A DNA stretch of 64,000 nt, taken from positions 4,352,001 through 4,416,000 of the forward strand of contig OZ244937.1 of assembly GCA_965222075.1 (NCBI GenBank). The letters run 5' to 3'. Of the stretch, positions 19,411 to 28,086 are shown piece by piece; the stretch's first letter is position 1, and each line of letters opens with the position of its first letter. The stretch is from Candidatus Latescibacterota bacterium (GTDB lineage: Bacteria; Latescibacterota; UBA2968; GCA-2709665). The notes below the pieces were generated by a model. The model saw only the letters and a list, made by a program, of their open reading frames with translations, searched no databases and had not been told where the DNA came from. The position numbers and the translations under genes are program-made.

Positions 19411-20181
19411 TTATACGACACCTTTGACGGCCGTCATAAAATTGTTGAAGGTGGTGCTGTAGCCCAGCTTCCATTCGAAGATGTGCACCCCGTAGCGGGT
19501 GGCCAGGCGCTCGTCAAAGGTGTCGGGCCGCTCCACGCCCACGGTTCCATCGCGTATGAGGATGCAGCGGTGGCCCCGCCCGAGCATGGCGGCCGCGCCG
19601 CCTTCGGAATTAAGCACACACATGTCGGCGGCAAAGCCGGTGTAGATGAGGGTTTCGATATTGTGGGTCTTGAGGTATTCGTCTAAAGTATCGGTGTAGA
19701 AGACCAGGGGTTCGTCGCCGACGGGGGAGACGATTTGGGCGCGTTTCATCTTTGCCAGCGGGGAACGGACCATATAGTCCGGTCCGTGTGCGCGGTCCAG
19801 CATCTCTTTCTGGCGGCTGGTGGGCCTCCAGGTTTTAGACTCGCCGCGTCGGGAAGGGATGTGGGGGTACTGCTCGTCCATCCAGTCGGTTTCGACATGA
19901 ACGATAGGCATCTCGATTTCACGGGCGGCGTCCATGGCCGGGCGGATGATTTCACCCATGATGCGACAGGCTTCGGCCGTGGCCTGGGGCCAGCCCATGT
20001 CCACGCAGTAGTCCATGTCCAGAGGGGGGCCGTCCGGGCAGCCGATGTTCCAGCAGTGCATGCCCACAAGCGCGGTCTGCGCCACGGGCAGGTCGAAGGT
20101 GACCTGCTCGTAGCCGGGGCTGTCGATGGGACGGGCGCGGTAGTAGCGGGCGTTGAACTTGAGCGTTGGGGAACCGGACAT
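19411..20181 (-). CDS. Isochorismatase/cysteine hydrolase family protein
   Basis: IETLIYTGFAADMCV catalytic Cys region and ILIRDGT. Confidence 0.8.
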   Translation of the reverse strand: MSGSPTLKFNARYYRARPIDSPGYEQVTFDLPVAQTALVGMHCWNIGCPDGPPLDMDYCVDMGWPQATAEACRIMGEIIRPAMDAAREIEMPIVHVETDWMDEQYPHIPSRRGESKTWRPTSRQKEMLDRAHGPDYMVRSPLAKMKRAQIVSPVGDEPLVFYTDTLDEYLKTHNIETLIYTGFAADMCVLNSEGGAAAMLGRGHRCILIRDGTVGVERPDTFDERLATRYGVHIFEWKLGYSTTFNNFMTAVKGVV

Positions 20182-20230
20182 CGTTGCGAGAGCTCCTCTA
20201 TGCGAGAGAGACGTTCTTTGTTTGTCGTTT

Positions 20231-22099
20231 TCAGCGCATCGGTCCTCTACCGTCCATGACGATTTCGACCGGGTCGGAAAGGAGGATGAGGTCCTCGATG
20301 TCGAACTGTTTGAGGAGTCCGAAGCAGAAGAGGACAGGGTTCTGGATGTAGTCTACGGGCCAGTCGATGAGCCTGCGGAGGGTGTCGGGGACGTTCACGC
20401 GCAGGCTTCCGAGGCCTTGGGGGTGGAGGGCCGCGGCGCAAAGGGCGATGAGGCCGGTAGAGAGACCCTGGGCGACAAAGTCGACCGCATCCGTTTCGGC
20501 GTAGGAGCGGATCCAGTTCAGGAGGGCGAGGAGCTGGGCGGTGCAGATGCCAAGGGGGCGGTCGCCTGCGGAGGCGACGCATTCCATGAAGAGGTAATGG
20601 TAGGCCCCGCCGGCGATGATCTGTTCGCCGAAGGCAAAGAGGTCGGCGGTGAATACCCGTTTGCCTGCATTCAGGGCGTTCTGCACTGCTGCGCTACTGT
20701 TTGCACGTCCTTCATCGGAGAGGATGAGCAGGGACGATCTCGATCTGCCCGCCCGGAACTCGGTGACGGGGACGTTCCAGCGGTCCATTTTCAGGATATG
20801 GTGTTTGATCTGTACACCGCCTGCAAGCTGAGGTTTGCGGGCGATTTTTGATTTTACGGAATATTTCGACGAGAGTCGCAGGACCTCCTTCAGGCGTTTT
20901 CGGTCCTGCGTTTTTGTTTTGGGCGAGGACCGCTTGACGGGCAGGTTGTGTGCAAGACCGCGGGCGATGGAGAGGAAGGTGGGGTTGTCGGGCGGGAGGC
21001 CGACGTTGAGTTCCCACTCGGAGAGGATCTCGCCGTCGCAGGGGATGTCTTCGGTCGGAATGTCCAGGCCCCAGGCGTTGTTAAGGAATTTGTAGAGCTG
21101 CTCCCGGATGTCTTTTTCGTAGTTGTGCGTGCCGGGGTCTTCGTTGGCGTAGAAGCCGATGCGGTCTTCCACGTCGAGACATTTGTAGACTTTCCGGGCG
21201 GGGATGTAGAGGCAGGGACGCATGAATTCCGGGCGGAAGATGCTGTCGTTGACGCTGTGGATAAGCAGGGAGGGCCGGGGCGCGAACATGGCGGTGAGGG
21301 TGTCGAAGTCGGCCACGGTGCAGAGGTCAACCGGGGTCTGCTCTAAGTCCCCGTGGTCCTGCCAGCGTAGCGTCGCCCGGTGCCAGATGGGGGAGTGGCC
21401 GGACACGGGGAGGATCGCTCCGATGCGTTCGTCTATGGCGGAGAGCACGGCGGTCTGCCAGCCGCCGCCGGAGAGGCCGGTCATGGCCACGCGCTCGGGG
21501 TCTGCATGTTTGTGCGCGGAGAGGACGTCTAAGCCGCGTTTCATGGCCAGGTACATAGGGCCCACGCCGGCAACACCGCACAAGTCGATGTGCGCCTGCT
21601 GCATGTGAAAGGCCGAGCCCTGCAATTCACCCATACCGATGAATTCGGTGTTGAGGGCAAGCATGCCCCGTTTGGCGAGGTTGATGCAGCGGGCCTGCTT
21701 ATAGTCCATGGCCTTGCCACCCCGATGGTGACCGTTCGGGTTCAGGACGGCGGGGACTTTGCCCTTGAGGTTGGTGGGCTCATACAAAAGCGCGGGGATC
21801 CACATGCCCGGGTAGCCTTCATAGCGGAGCTTCCGGATGCGGTAGCCTCTGCCCGTTTCTATAACGCCGTGCCACTGGACGACGGGCGGGGCGCTGTTGA
21901 TGCATGGGTGGTGGCCGAGCAGGTAGACTTTTTCCAGAAGGTCTTTGCGGATTTTCGCGGTCCGCTTCTGCCATTCGGCAGGCGTTCGAGGGGTTTTGAG
22001 CCGGGGGAGTTTCTCCCGGTAATAGTCCATCATGGTGCGGGTGTGCCGCTTGCCGAGGAGTTTGCGCGAGAGGGCGTGAGCGATTTGTTTAGGTGACAT
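20231..22099 (-). CDS. Alpha/beta hydrolase (acetylxylan esterase-like)
   Basis: PAVLNPNGH, GLSGGG nucleophile elbow, MFAPRP and GTHNY. Confidence 0.82.
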   Translation of the reverse strand: MSPKQIAHALSRKLLGKRHTRTMMDYYREKLPRLKTPRTPAEWQKRTAKIRKDLLEKVYLLGHHPCINSAPPVVQWHGVIETGRGYRIRKLRYEGYPGMWIPALLYEPTNLKGKVPAVLNPNGHHRGGKAMDYKQARCINLAKRGMLALNTEFIGMGELQGSAFHMQQAHIDLCGVAGVGPMYLAMKRGLDVLSAHKHADPERVAMTGLSGGGWQTAVLSAIDERIGAILPVSGHSPIWHRATLRWQDHGDLEQTPVDLCTVADFDTLTAMFAPRPSLLIHSVNDSIFRPEFMRPCLYIPARKVYKCLDVEDRIGFYANEDPGTHNYEKDIREQLYKFLNNAWGLDIPTEDIPCDGEILSEWELNVGLPPDNPTFLSIARGLAHNLPVKRSSPKTKTQDRKRLKEVLRLSSKYSVKSKIARKPQLAGGVQIKHHILKMDRWNVPVTEFRAGRSRSSLLILSDEGRANSSAAVQNALNAGKRVFTADLFAFGEQIIAGGAYHYLFMECVASAGDRPLGICTAQLLALLNWIRSYAETDAVDFVAQGLSTGLIALCAAALHPQGLGSLRVNVPDTLRRLIDWPVDYIQNPVLFCFGLLKQFDIEDLILLSDPVEIVMDGRGPMR

Positions 22100-22119
22100 T
22101 TTTTAGCTCCTTGCTGGTG

Positions 22120-22287
22120 CGATAGTGGCCGGGACCACCCGACCATAGCTCGATATATTCGTCGATTCGCCTCCACCCTCGCAAGGTTGAAGTACCCCAC
22201 ACAGAAGTCGGCACGATCGGACAGCGCAAGCCTTTCCCGAAGTGCCGGGAGGCGTGGCCGGTCAATGTTGTCGAAAATTTGCGGCAT
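22120..22287 (-). pseudogene. Frameshifted N-terminal remnant of a PLD-SNF2 helicase (restriction-modification associated)
   Basis: MPQIFDNID...SDRADFCVGYFNL, then after a frameshift at about 22185 RGWRRIDEYIELWSGG. Truncated after about 55 codons. Confidence 0.65.
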
Positions 22288-22298
22288 AGCAAAGGCCC

Positions 22299-23354
22299 TC
22301 AGTTCAGGGTATAGGTTTCGTAGGGGCGTTCGCAGGGGTTGCCCCGGCTGACGTGCATGAGGCCGTCCTCCGGTTCGATGATGACCGAGAACGTGGTAGC
22401 CCAGTAGCCGGTGGTCGGGTGGTCGTTGGGGTGTCGGCAGATGGAGGTGGGGTGGCCCTCGTGGTCGCACAGGGCGGCCTTGAGGTTTTTGAGGGCCAGG
22501 GGCCGTTCCATTTCTCCGAAGAGCTTTTGGATTCTAATTTTGCGCGGGCCGGACTGGATAAGTTCGGAGAAGTCGTCGTTGATGGGCAGCAGGTCCGGGT
22601 GCTCACAGTGGTTGGCGTGGGTGACCAGGCCTGTGCCGTCGCCCTGGAGGACATGGACGTCGTCTACGGTGACTTCCAGATCGGCAGGCCCCTGGGGCGT
22701 GGCCAGGATGATGTTGGCGGGGATCGCACGAGTGGCCCGGCGCACGGCCTGCACAGCGTCGGAGAGGGAATCGGTTTCGTAGATGGCGCGCACCGTGAAG
22801 TAGTGCGGGACCCCCAGGGGGCGGCTGGGAGCCGGCAGGGTGTTCAGGCAGAGGCCGATTCCGGCGCTGTTGAGGCCGATGTAGGCGATGAGGCCGGCCT
22901 GGGTGATGTTCATAAGGGTGGGTTTGCCCGCAGGGCGGCGGGTGAGCACGACGGTAAAGGGGTCCAGGCCCGGGTCGTTGTCCCAGTTCTGGCCCACGAC
23001 CGCCCGCTGGCCTGCGGGTGAGGTGATCGAAAAGGAGGTGCAGCCGGCGTCCCCGTCGGGCCGGAGCTGGTTGCGCACCTGGAGGAGCATCAGGTCTTCA
23101 AGCAGGATGCCGGAACTTTCGGCCATGCCGCGCAGCTCATCGAGCATGTGCGGGGCGTAGGACTCGACGTAGGAAAGGCTGCTGCGGGCGACGGACAGGG
23201 CGTTCTCTTGAGAGACGGGCATGGTCTTGTTGACGCGGTTGAGGGCGATTTCCACAAATCCCCGGACCTCCTCGCGGGCAGCTTCACCGATCTGGCGACC
23301 CATCTCGAAGGGGGCGCCGCTGACTTCGATTTCACGGTAGTGGGTGTCTGACAT
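22299..23354 (-). CDS. C45 family Ntn hydrolase (acyl-CoA:6-APA acyltransferase-like)
   Basis: GCTSF nucleophile, GQNWD, GLNSAG and HANH. AGGAG RBS before the ATG at 23354. Confidence 0.88.
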   Translation of the reverse strand: MSDTHYREIEVSGAPFEMGRQIGEAAREEVRGFVEIALNRVNKTMPVSQENALSVARSSLSYVESYAPHMLDELRGMAESSGILLEDLMLLQVRNQLRPDGDAGCTSFSITSPAGQRAVVGQNWDNDPGLDPFTVVLTRRPAGKPTLMNITQAGLIAYIGLNSAGIGLCLNTLPAPSRPLGVPHYFTVRAIYETDSLSDAVQAVRRATRAIPANIILATPQGPADLEVTVDDVHVLQGDGTGLVTHANHCEHPDLLPINDDFSELIQSGPRKIRIQKLFGEMERPLALKNLKAALCDHEGHPTSICRHPNDHPTTGYWATTFSVIIEPEDGLMHVSRGNPCERPYETYTLN

Positions 23355-23424
23355 TTGTATCTCCTGGAGTAATGGGGCACGCCGTGCCCCTACATTCTTC
23401 CCTCGTCGGGAAGGGAGAGGGGGG

Positions 23425-24672
23425 TTAGGTCCGATTTTTATCCGCCACCTCCCGCACAATCTGCGCTGCCAGATCGCAGTGTTCCGGTTCATACTTCTCG
23501 CAGAAAGAAGACCAGCGGATGAAGGTTTCCAAGAAGTCCCTGGCGGTCGGACAGGTATCGGCGCTGTAGCGGTATTTCCGGGAGGCCGGAGGCTGTGAAT
23601 AGGGGTAGACCTCCTTTTGCGCCTTTTCCGACAGGAAGGGGAGGGCGGCGGGCATGAGGTAGTACCTGCCGGTGCCCGCGCCGGGGATGCCGGCGTCGGC
23701 GACCTGTTTGGCGAATGCGTCCGCGTTGCAGGTGAAGGCGTCGGGGGCGATGCTGAAGCCGGCCATCCAGCAGGAGTAGACGTCCATGTAATCCGGAATG
23801 GGCAGGGGGGTAATGCCCGGGACCTCGGCGAGTTTTTCCGAGAGGAGGCGGACCATGCGGTCGCGCCGGGCGATGTTGGGCCGGATGATTTCGAGCTGGG
23901 CCAGGGTGATGGCGGCGGTGGAGAGGGTCATGCGGTGGGCGTAGCCGTTGACCGCGTGGATGCGTCCGAAGCCTTCCCTCATCTGGCCGCCTCTGCTCTG
24001 GCCGACGAAGCGGATGCGTTCATTCAGTTCGTCGTCGTTTGTAACCACGCAGCCGCCCACATCCGAGCCCAGGGTTTTTTCGGCGTCGAAGGAGAAGGCA
24101 CCCGCAGTGCTGAGAGAACCGGCGAGGCGGCCCCTGTACTCGCCGAAGACGGCCTGGCAGGTGTCTTCGTAGACGATGAAGCCGTGTTTGTCGGCTAAGG
24201 CGTTGATGGGGTCCATGTCGCAGAGGGTGCCGGTTTTGTGGACGACCAGAACCGCGCGGGTGCGGTCGGTGATGCAGGGTTCGACCGTTTCTGCGCTGAG
24301 GATGAGGGTGCCGGGTTCGGTGTCTGCGAAAACGGGGATGTAGTTCTCCCTGATCAGGCCCTGCACGGTGCCGTAGTCGGTGACCGGGCTGACGATGATT
24401 TCATCGCCCGGTTCGAAGTCGAAGGCCGCCGCGAGCACGGCTAAGGCCGGGGTGCAGCCGGGCGTGGCGATGCAGTGTTTGACGCCCATCTCACCGGCGA
24501 AGGTCTCTTCGAAGCGGCGGACCATATTGCTGGTCAGGCCAGAGTCCACGACCTCCTGGAGGTATTTCAGGCAGTTGGGACCCATCGTGCGCGGAAAGGG
24601 CTGAGGCAGGCTGCCTTTGAGTTCTTCAGATGCCTCTGCGCCGTATTTTGCGCGTTCGACTCTGGTGGCCAT
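23425..24672 (-). CDS. DegT/DnrJ/EryC1/StrS family aminotransferase
   Basis: EPGDEIIV, EDTCQA and FSFDAEKTLGSDVGG. Confidence 0.88.
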   Translation of the reverse strand: MATRVERAKYGAEASEELKGSLPQPFPRTMGPNCLKYLQEVVDSGLTSNMVRRFEETFAGEMGVKHCIATPGCTPALAVLAAAFDFEPGDEIIVSPVTDYGTVQGLIRENYIPVFADTEPGTLILSAETVEPCITDRTRAVLVVHKTGTLCDMDPINALADKHGFIVYEDTCQAVFGEYRGRLAGSLSTAGAFSFDAEKTLGSDVGGCVVTNDDELNERIRFVGQSRGGQMREGFGRIHAVNGYAHRMTLSTAAITLAQLEIIRPNIARRDRMVRLLSEKLAEVPGITPLPIPDYMDVYSCWMAGFSIAPDAFTCNADAFAKQVADAGIPGAGTGRYYLMPAALPFLSEKAQKEVYPYSQPPASRKYRYSADTCPTARDFLETFIRWSSFCEKYEPEHCDLAAQIVREVADKNRT

Positions 24673-24761
24673 GCAATTTTCCTTTCTAAAATCCGGATTC
24701 AGGCCCTAAAAATTTCGGATCTCGGATTGAAGCGCTTTTACTCCGCAATCCGCAATTGTGC

Positions 24762-25307
24762 TCAATCGTCGGGCCACCCCGGCCAGGGGCAGTGGTTTCT
24801 GATGTAGCGGCCGTTTTGAAATTCGGTGAAAAAATGGGAGATGAGCGGGTGTGAGACCTGCTCTCCAGAATCGTCTTCCAAAAGGCTGGTCTGGGCGGCA
24901 TAGGTGATCTGGTTGGAGCCGTGGACCAGGACGTGGTACCAGGGCTGGCTGCGGTCGGGCTGGCTCCGGTTGGACAGGTACCAGGCATCGTCCGCCTGGC
25001 AGGTCGGGTCGAAGCCGACCACAACGCCCCGGTAGTCATACCGGCTGTGCCAGACGAGTTGGCCCGGTTCAAAGCGGGGTTCGACACCCACCGGCTCTCC
25101 GGGAGACGGACCGCTACCCTGACGCGCCTTGAGCAGGTCCCGGACCTTCTGCATCTGGTGTTCGTCTGGGGGATCGGGAAGCCGGGCGAGTTCCGCTTCC
25201 AGAGACGGGCCGAAGGCGGCTAAGGCCTCTGAGACGGCTTCTTGGACGGTTTCCGATTCGTCGTCGAGCAGGATCAAGAGGTGGGGGAGTTGCTTGGGAT
25301 CGGGCAT
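24762..25307 (-). CDS. hspQ: HspQ/YccV-like protein with an N-terminal helical extension
   Basis: FEPGQLVWHSRYDYRGVVVGFDP, QPWYHVLV and TYAAQTSL. Extra N-terminal LLILLDDESETV segment. Confidence 0.82.
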   Translation of the reverse strand: MPDPKQLPHLLILLDDESETVQEAVSEALAAFGPSLEAELARLPDPPDEHQMQKVRDLLKARQGSGPSPGEPVGVEPRFEPGQLVWHSRYDYRGVVVGFDPTCQADDAWYLSNRSQPDRSQPWYHVLVHGSNQITYAAQTSLLEDDSGEQVSHPLISHFFTEFQNGRYIRNHCPWPGWPDD

Positions 25308-25396
25308 GGGCAGGTTCTCCGGGCTACTCGAACTGTCGCCTGAATTCGGTGAACTGCTGGCGGATTTTAATGTCGTTCAGGATATGGATTACTTTC

Positions 25397-26152
25397 TCAG
25401 GGTTGTTTTTTTAGCTGCCGGTACATGTCACGAGAGAAGATGTGTGGCTGGATATCCCGGTTCTGTCCTTCGACCATGCCCTGCACGAATTCTGCGGTCT
25501 TGCTCACAGCCGCCTCGACAAGCACCTGCCCCTGCTTGGCAGTCGCCTCCAGCGGCTGTTTGTCTTCCTGGTCCTGCAGGGCGTCGTGCCGGATATAGTC
25601 GGGAAACAGGACCAGGGCCATGGCGGTCTCGTACTCCTGCGCGTGGCCGGGAACTCTTCCCTTGCAGTGCTGCTCGGCGATCTCCCGGCTGAGGTCCCAG
25701 TAGGAGTGGAACTGGACGTTGACCTCGGGGTCGGCCGATTGAAAGTAGAGCTGCCACTGCCGGAGGATGCCGTTCATCGGGGCTTCATTTCCCCCATGGC
25801 CGTTCAGGATGAGGACGTTTTTGACGCCGTGCCGCACCAGGCTTTCCACCGCATCAAAGAGCACGGCCAGCCACGACCCCGGCTTGGCGGTGATCGTGCC
25901 CTTGTGGACCATGTGATGCTCGGAGATACCGACGGCCATCGGCACGCTCACAACAACCTGGGGGTAGAGGCGTTTGGCGGCCTCACAGGCGACGTAGGTG
26001 GCCGCGGCGATGTCGTACTCCATCGCCAGGTGTTCCAAGTGCTGCTCGTTGCTCCCGGTGGGGATAATCGCAGCCAGGAATTTCCCCACTTCCAGGGCTT
26101 CCCTGAACTCACGCCGCGTCAGTTTACCCAGCATCACTTCCTGGTCAGGCAT
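25397..26152 (-). CDS. Creatininase family amidohydrolase
   Basis: PTGSNEQHLEHL, SEHH, NGHGGN and GHAQEYET. Confidence 0.9.
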   Translation of the reverse strand: MPDQEVMLGKLTRREFREALEVGKFLAAIIPTGSNEQHLEHLAMEYDIAAATYVACEAAKRLYPQVVVSVPMAVGISEHHMVHKGTITAKPGSWLAVLFDAVESLVRHGVKNVLILNGHGGNEAPMNGILRQWQLYFQSADPEVNVQFHSYWDLSREIAEQHCKGRVPGHAQEYETAMALVLFPDYIRHDALQDQEDKQPLEATAKQGQVLVEAAVSKTAEFVQGMVEGQNRDIQPHIFSRDMYRQLKKQP

Positions 26153-26181
26153 GGGGAGTCTCCTTTAAAAATGTTTAAATT

Positions 26182-26301
26182 TGGCCTTGTGGAAATCCAA
26201 AACGCCGTGTCCCGAAGGTACGCCAGAGGGCTTCGAGTTGGCGACAGTGGCCCTATCCTCCACCGTTCACGGGTGTAGCCGAAAGACTCGAAACAAGACC
26301 A
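26182..26301 (-). ncRNA. Structured non-coding element, copy B (IS110 bridge/seek-RNA-like, putative)
   Basis: Homologous to 18176-18303. On the minus strand it has outer stem TGGTCTTG/CAAGGCCA, a TTCGAG/CTCGAA stem and a CTTCGG-capped hairpin. Confidence 0.6.
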
Positions 26302-26353
26302 GGAAAGCAACCACCGATGAATCGTGACCGATGAATTGTGACTCGTAGCTGGT

Positions 26354-27649
26354 TTAAACCCCCGCCTTGAGCCGGGCGAAGCTGACACGATCGCTCAGTT
26401 GCATCAGGGCGAAGTAGGTGGTGATTTCGGTTCGGGAAGTGTCAAGGCTGGCCACGGCGTTTCGGTACCAGGTCCAGGTTTCGTCGTCTCGGGGACCCAG
26501 TTTGCAGATGGCGTCGTTGAAGTCCGCGATTTCGGAATCGGATTTCTCGTCCTGTTTTTCGATCCAGGCGAGGATGTCGGCATCCGTGGGACAGTCCCGG
26601 AGGGTATCTGTAAAGGCATCCACGGAGATGCCGAGGAATCTGAGGATGTAGCGGTCGATGCCGGAGTCACTGCCGTACCAGAAGTCTCCCAAAGTGTCGC
26701 TTAAGAAAGCCCGGCCCTTGTCAATCATACGGGCCAGGCCGGCGATGCCGGCGGCAGAGGTGTCATAGGGGCTTCGAGGCAGATGGCGCGTGAGGTCGAC
26801 GGTGTTGAAGCTCTTTTCGTCGTCTAAGTCGAGCAGGTCGAACCATGTGGTGACGTCGGTGCGGCCCGGGGCGGCGTTGTTGAGGGCCTTTTCAAAGATG
26901 GCGTGCTGTTCGTCGTTTTCGGGGCCTTTGCCGGAGATCCGGACGTTGAAGACGGCGATCTCGCCGGGGGTGCGGGAACTGTTCTCCTGCACCCAGGCGG
27001 TCAGTTCGAGGTCGTTGGGGTTGCTGTAGGCGGCCTCCTGGTAGTCGTCGGCAGAGATGCCTAAGAACTCGGTAATGGCCTCGTCTATGGGGCAGTTGTA
27101 GATGTATTCTCCCAGGCGGCCGGCTTTGTCGGCCCGGGCCTTGTCGGCCATGCGCGCCAGACCGTAGACGCCGGCCACGTCCCTGCAATACGGGGTGCGG
27201 GGCGCCCGCTGCGTGAGGTCGGCATCTCTGAAGCTGGCCCAGTCGTCTAATTCGATGGACTGGAAGACGGTTTTGATGTCGGTGCGTTTGGGGGCGTATT
27301 TTTCGAGCCGGTCCCGGAGGCGCTGCTTTCCGGCCTCGTCATCCGGTTCGCGGCCCAGGTGATGACGGTTGAAGGCCTCAACCTCCTCGTCGGTCCTGTC
27401 CGAGATTTTCCGCACCCATCGGCCGAGGGTCTCGTCATCGTAGCGGTCGGCAGCGTCGGCGAAGTCGGCGGCGGAGATGCCGAGAAAGTCTAAGAGGATT
27501 TTGTCCAGGCCGGAGTCTTCGCCGTAGACGAATTCACCTAAGGTTTCCTCATTGTAGGCACAGGCCTTGTCGGCCATACGGGCGAGGTTGACAATACCGG
27601 CGATGCAGGTGTTGGACGGCTGGCGGGGAGGTTGTTTCGTGAGGTCCAT
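26354..27649 (-). CDS. Protein with three tandem DUF5069-like domains
   Basis: Three repeats of DLTxxxPRxP...AG..xLARMxDK.RA...LGE/DF/Y.Y...D...FLGIS... Confidence 0.85.
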   Translation of the reverse strand: MDLTKQPPRQPSNTCIAGIVNLARMADKACAYNEETLGEFVYGEDSGLDKILLDFLGISAADFADAADRYDDETLGRWVRKISDRTDEEVEAFNRHHLGREPDDEAGKQRLRDRLEKYAPKRTDIKTVFQSIELDDWASFRDADLTQRAPRTPYCRDVAGVYGLARMADKARADKAGRLGEYIYNCPIDEAITEFLGISADDYQEAAYSNPNDLELTAWVQENSSRTPGEIAVFNVRISGKGPENDEQHAIFEKALNNAAPGRTDVTTWFDLLDLDDEKSFNTVDLTRHLPRSPYDTSAAGIAGLARMIDKGRAFLSDTLGDFWYGSDSGIDRYILRFLGISVDAFTDTLRDCPTDADILAWIEKQDEKSDSEIADFNDAICKLGPRDDETWTWYRNAVASLDTSRTEITTYFALMQLSDRVSFARLKAGV

Positions 27650-27663
27650 GGAGAGATCCTTTC

Positions 27664-27876
27664 TCATAGGCTTTGCTGTGTTACCATTCTCTCACAGCCT
27701 TCGTCAATCGAGCGTGCTATCTCCTTGAGATCTTCTTTATCTATTGCACCAGCAAATCGCAGCAACTGTTTTCCAGGTACACCTCGGAGTTCGGTATTCA
27801 CCAGGGACCGAGCGAACTCCAGAACACGCTTTTGCTCTGTCTCGCCCAGTTCGTACCAGACGTAAGGACCGACCAA
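27664..27876 (-). pseudogene. Orphan antitoxin-like small protein or remnant
   Basis: QKRVLEFARSL...GVPGKQLLRFAGAIDKEDLKEIARSIDEGCE resembles small antitoxins that usually precede PIN toxins. Lower GC and no toxin adjacent. Confidence 0.5.
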
Positions 27877-27879
27877 AAC

Positions 27880-27908
27880 AAGGTACTGAAACGGCCATGT
27901 TCTGTCAA
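27880..27908 (-). promoter_or_regulatory. Putative sigma70 promoter
   Basis: TTGACA-17 nt-TACCTT on the minus strand, upstream of the antitoxin-like ORF and DUF5069 gene. Confidence 0.5.
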
Positions 27909-28086
27909 GCGGATCGGAGATGCCCCGGTCTGAGGGGTCGATGGTAGAATGTTCAGCGGGGATCGTAGCGCATGAAAGAGAAGTAGGCGCAGGCGAAGAG
28001 GAGGGCGCAGAGGGCCAGCAGGATGGTCAGGCCAATCCAGGCCCTGCGGATGCTTTGCCCTCTGTCCTTTGCCCTTTCACACGTTT

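Noticed and set aside
27953-28070. Short hydrophobic minus-strand frame (RRAWIGLTILLALCALLFACAYFSFMRYDPR)
   Set aside because: It looks like a TM peptide but has no credible start or RBS, and its 5' end is occupied by a short tandem repeat, so it was not called.
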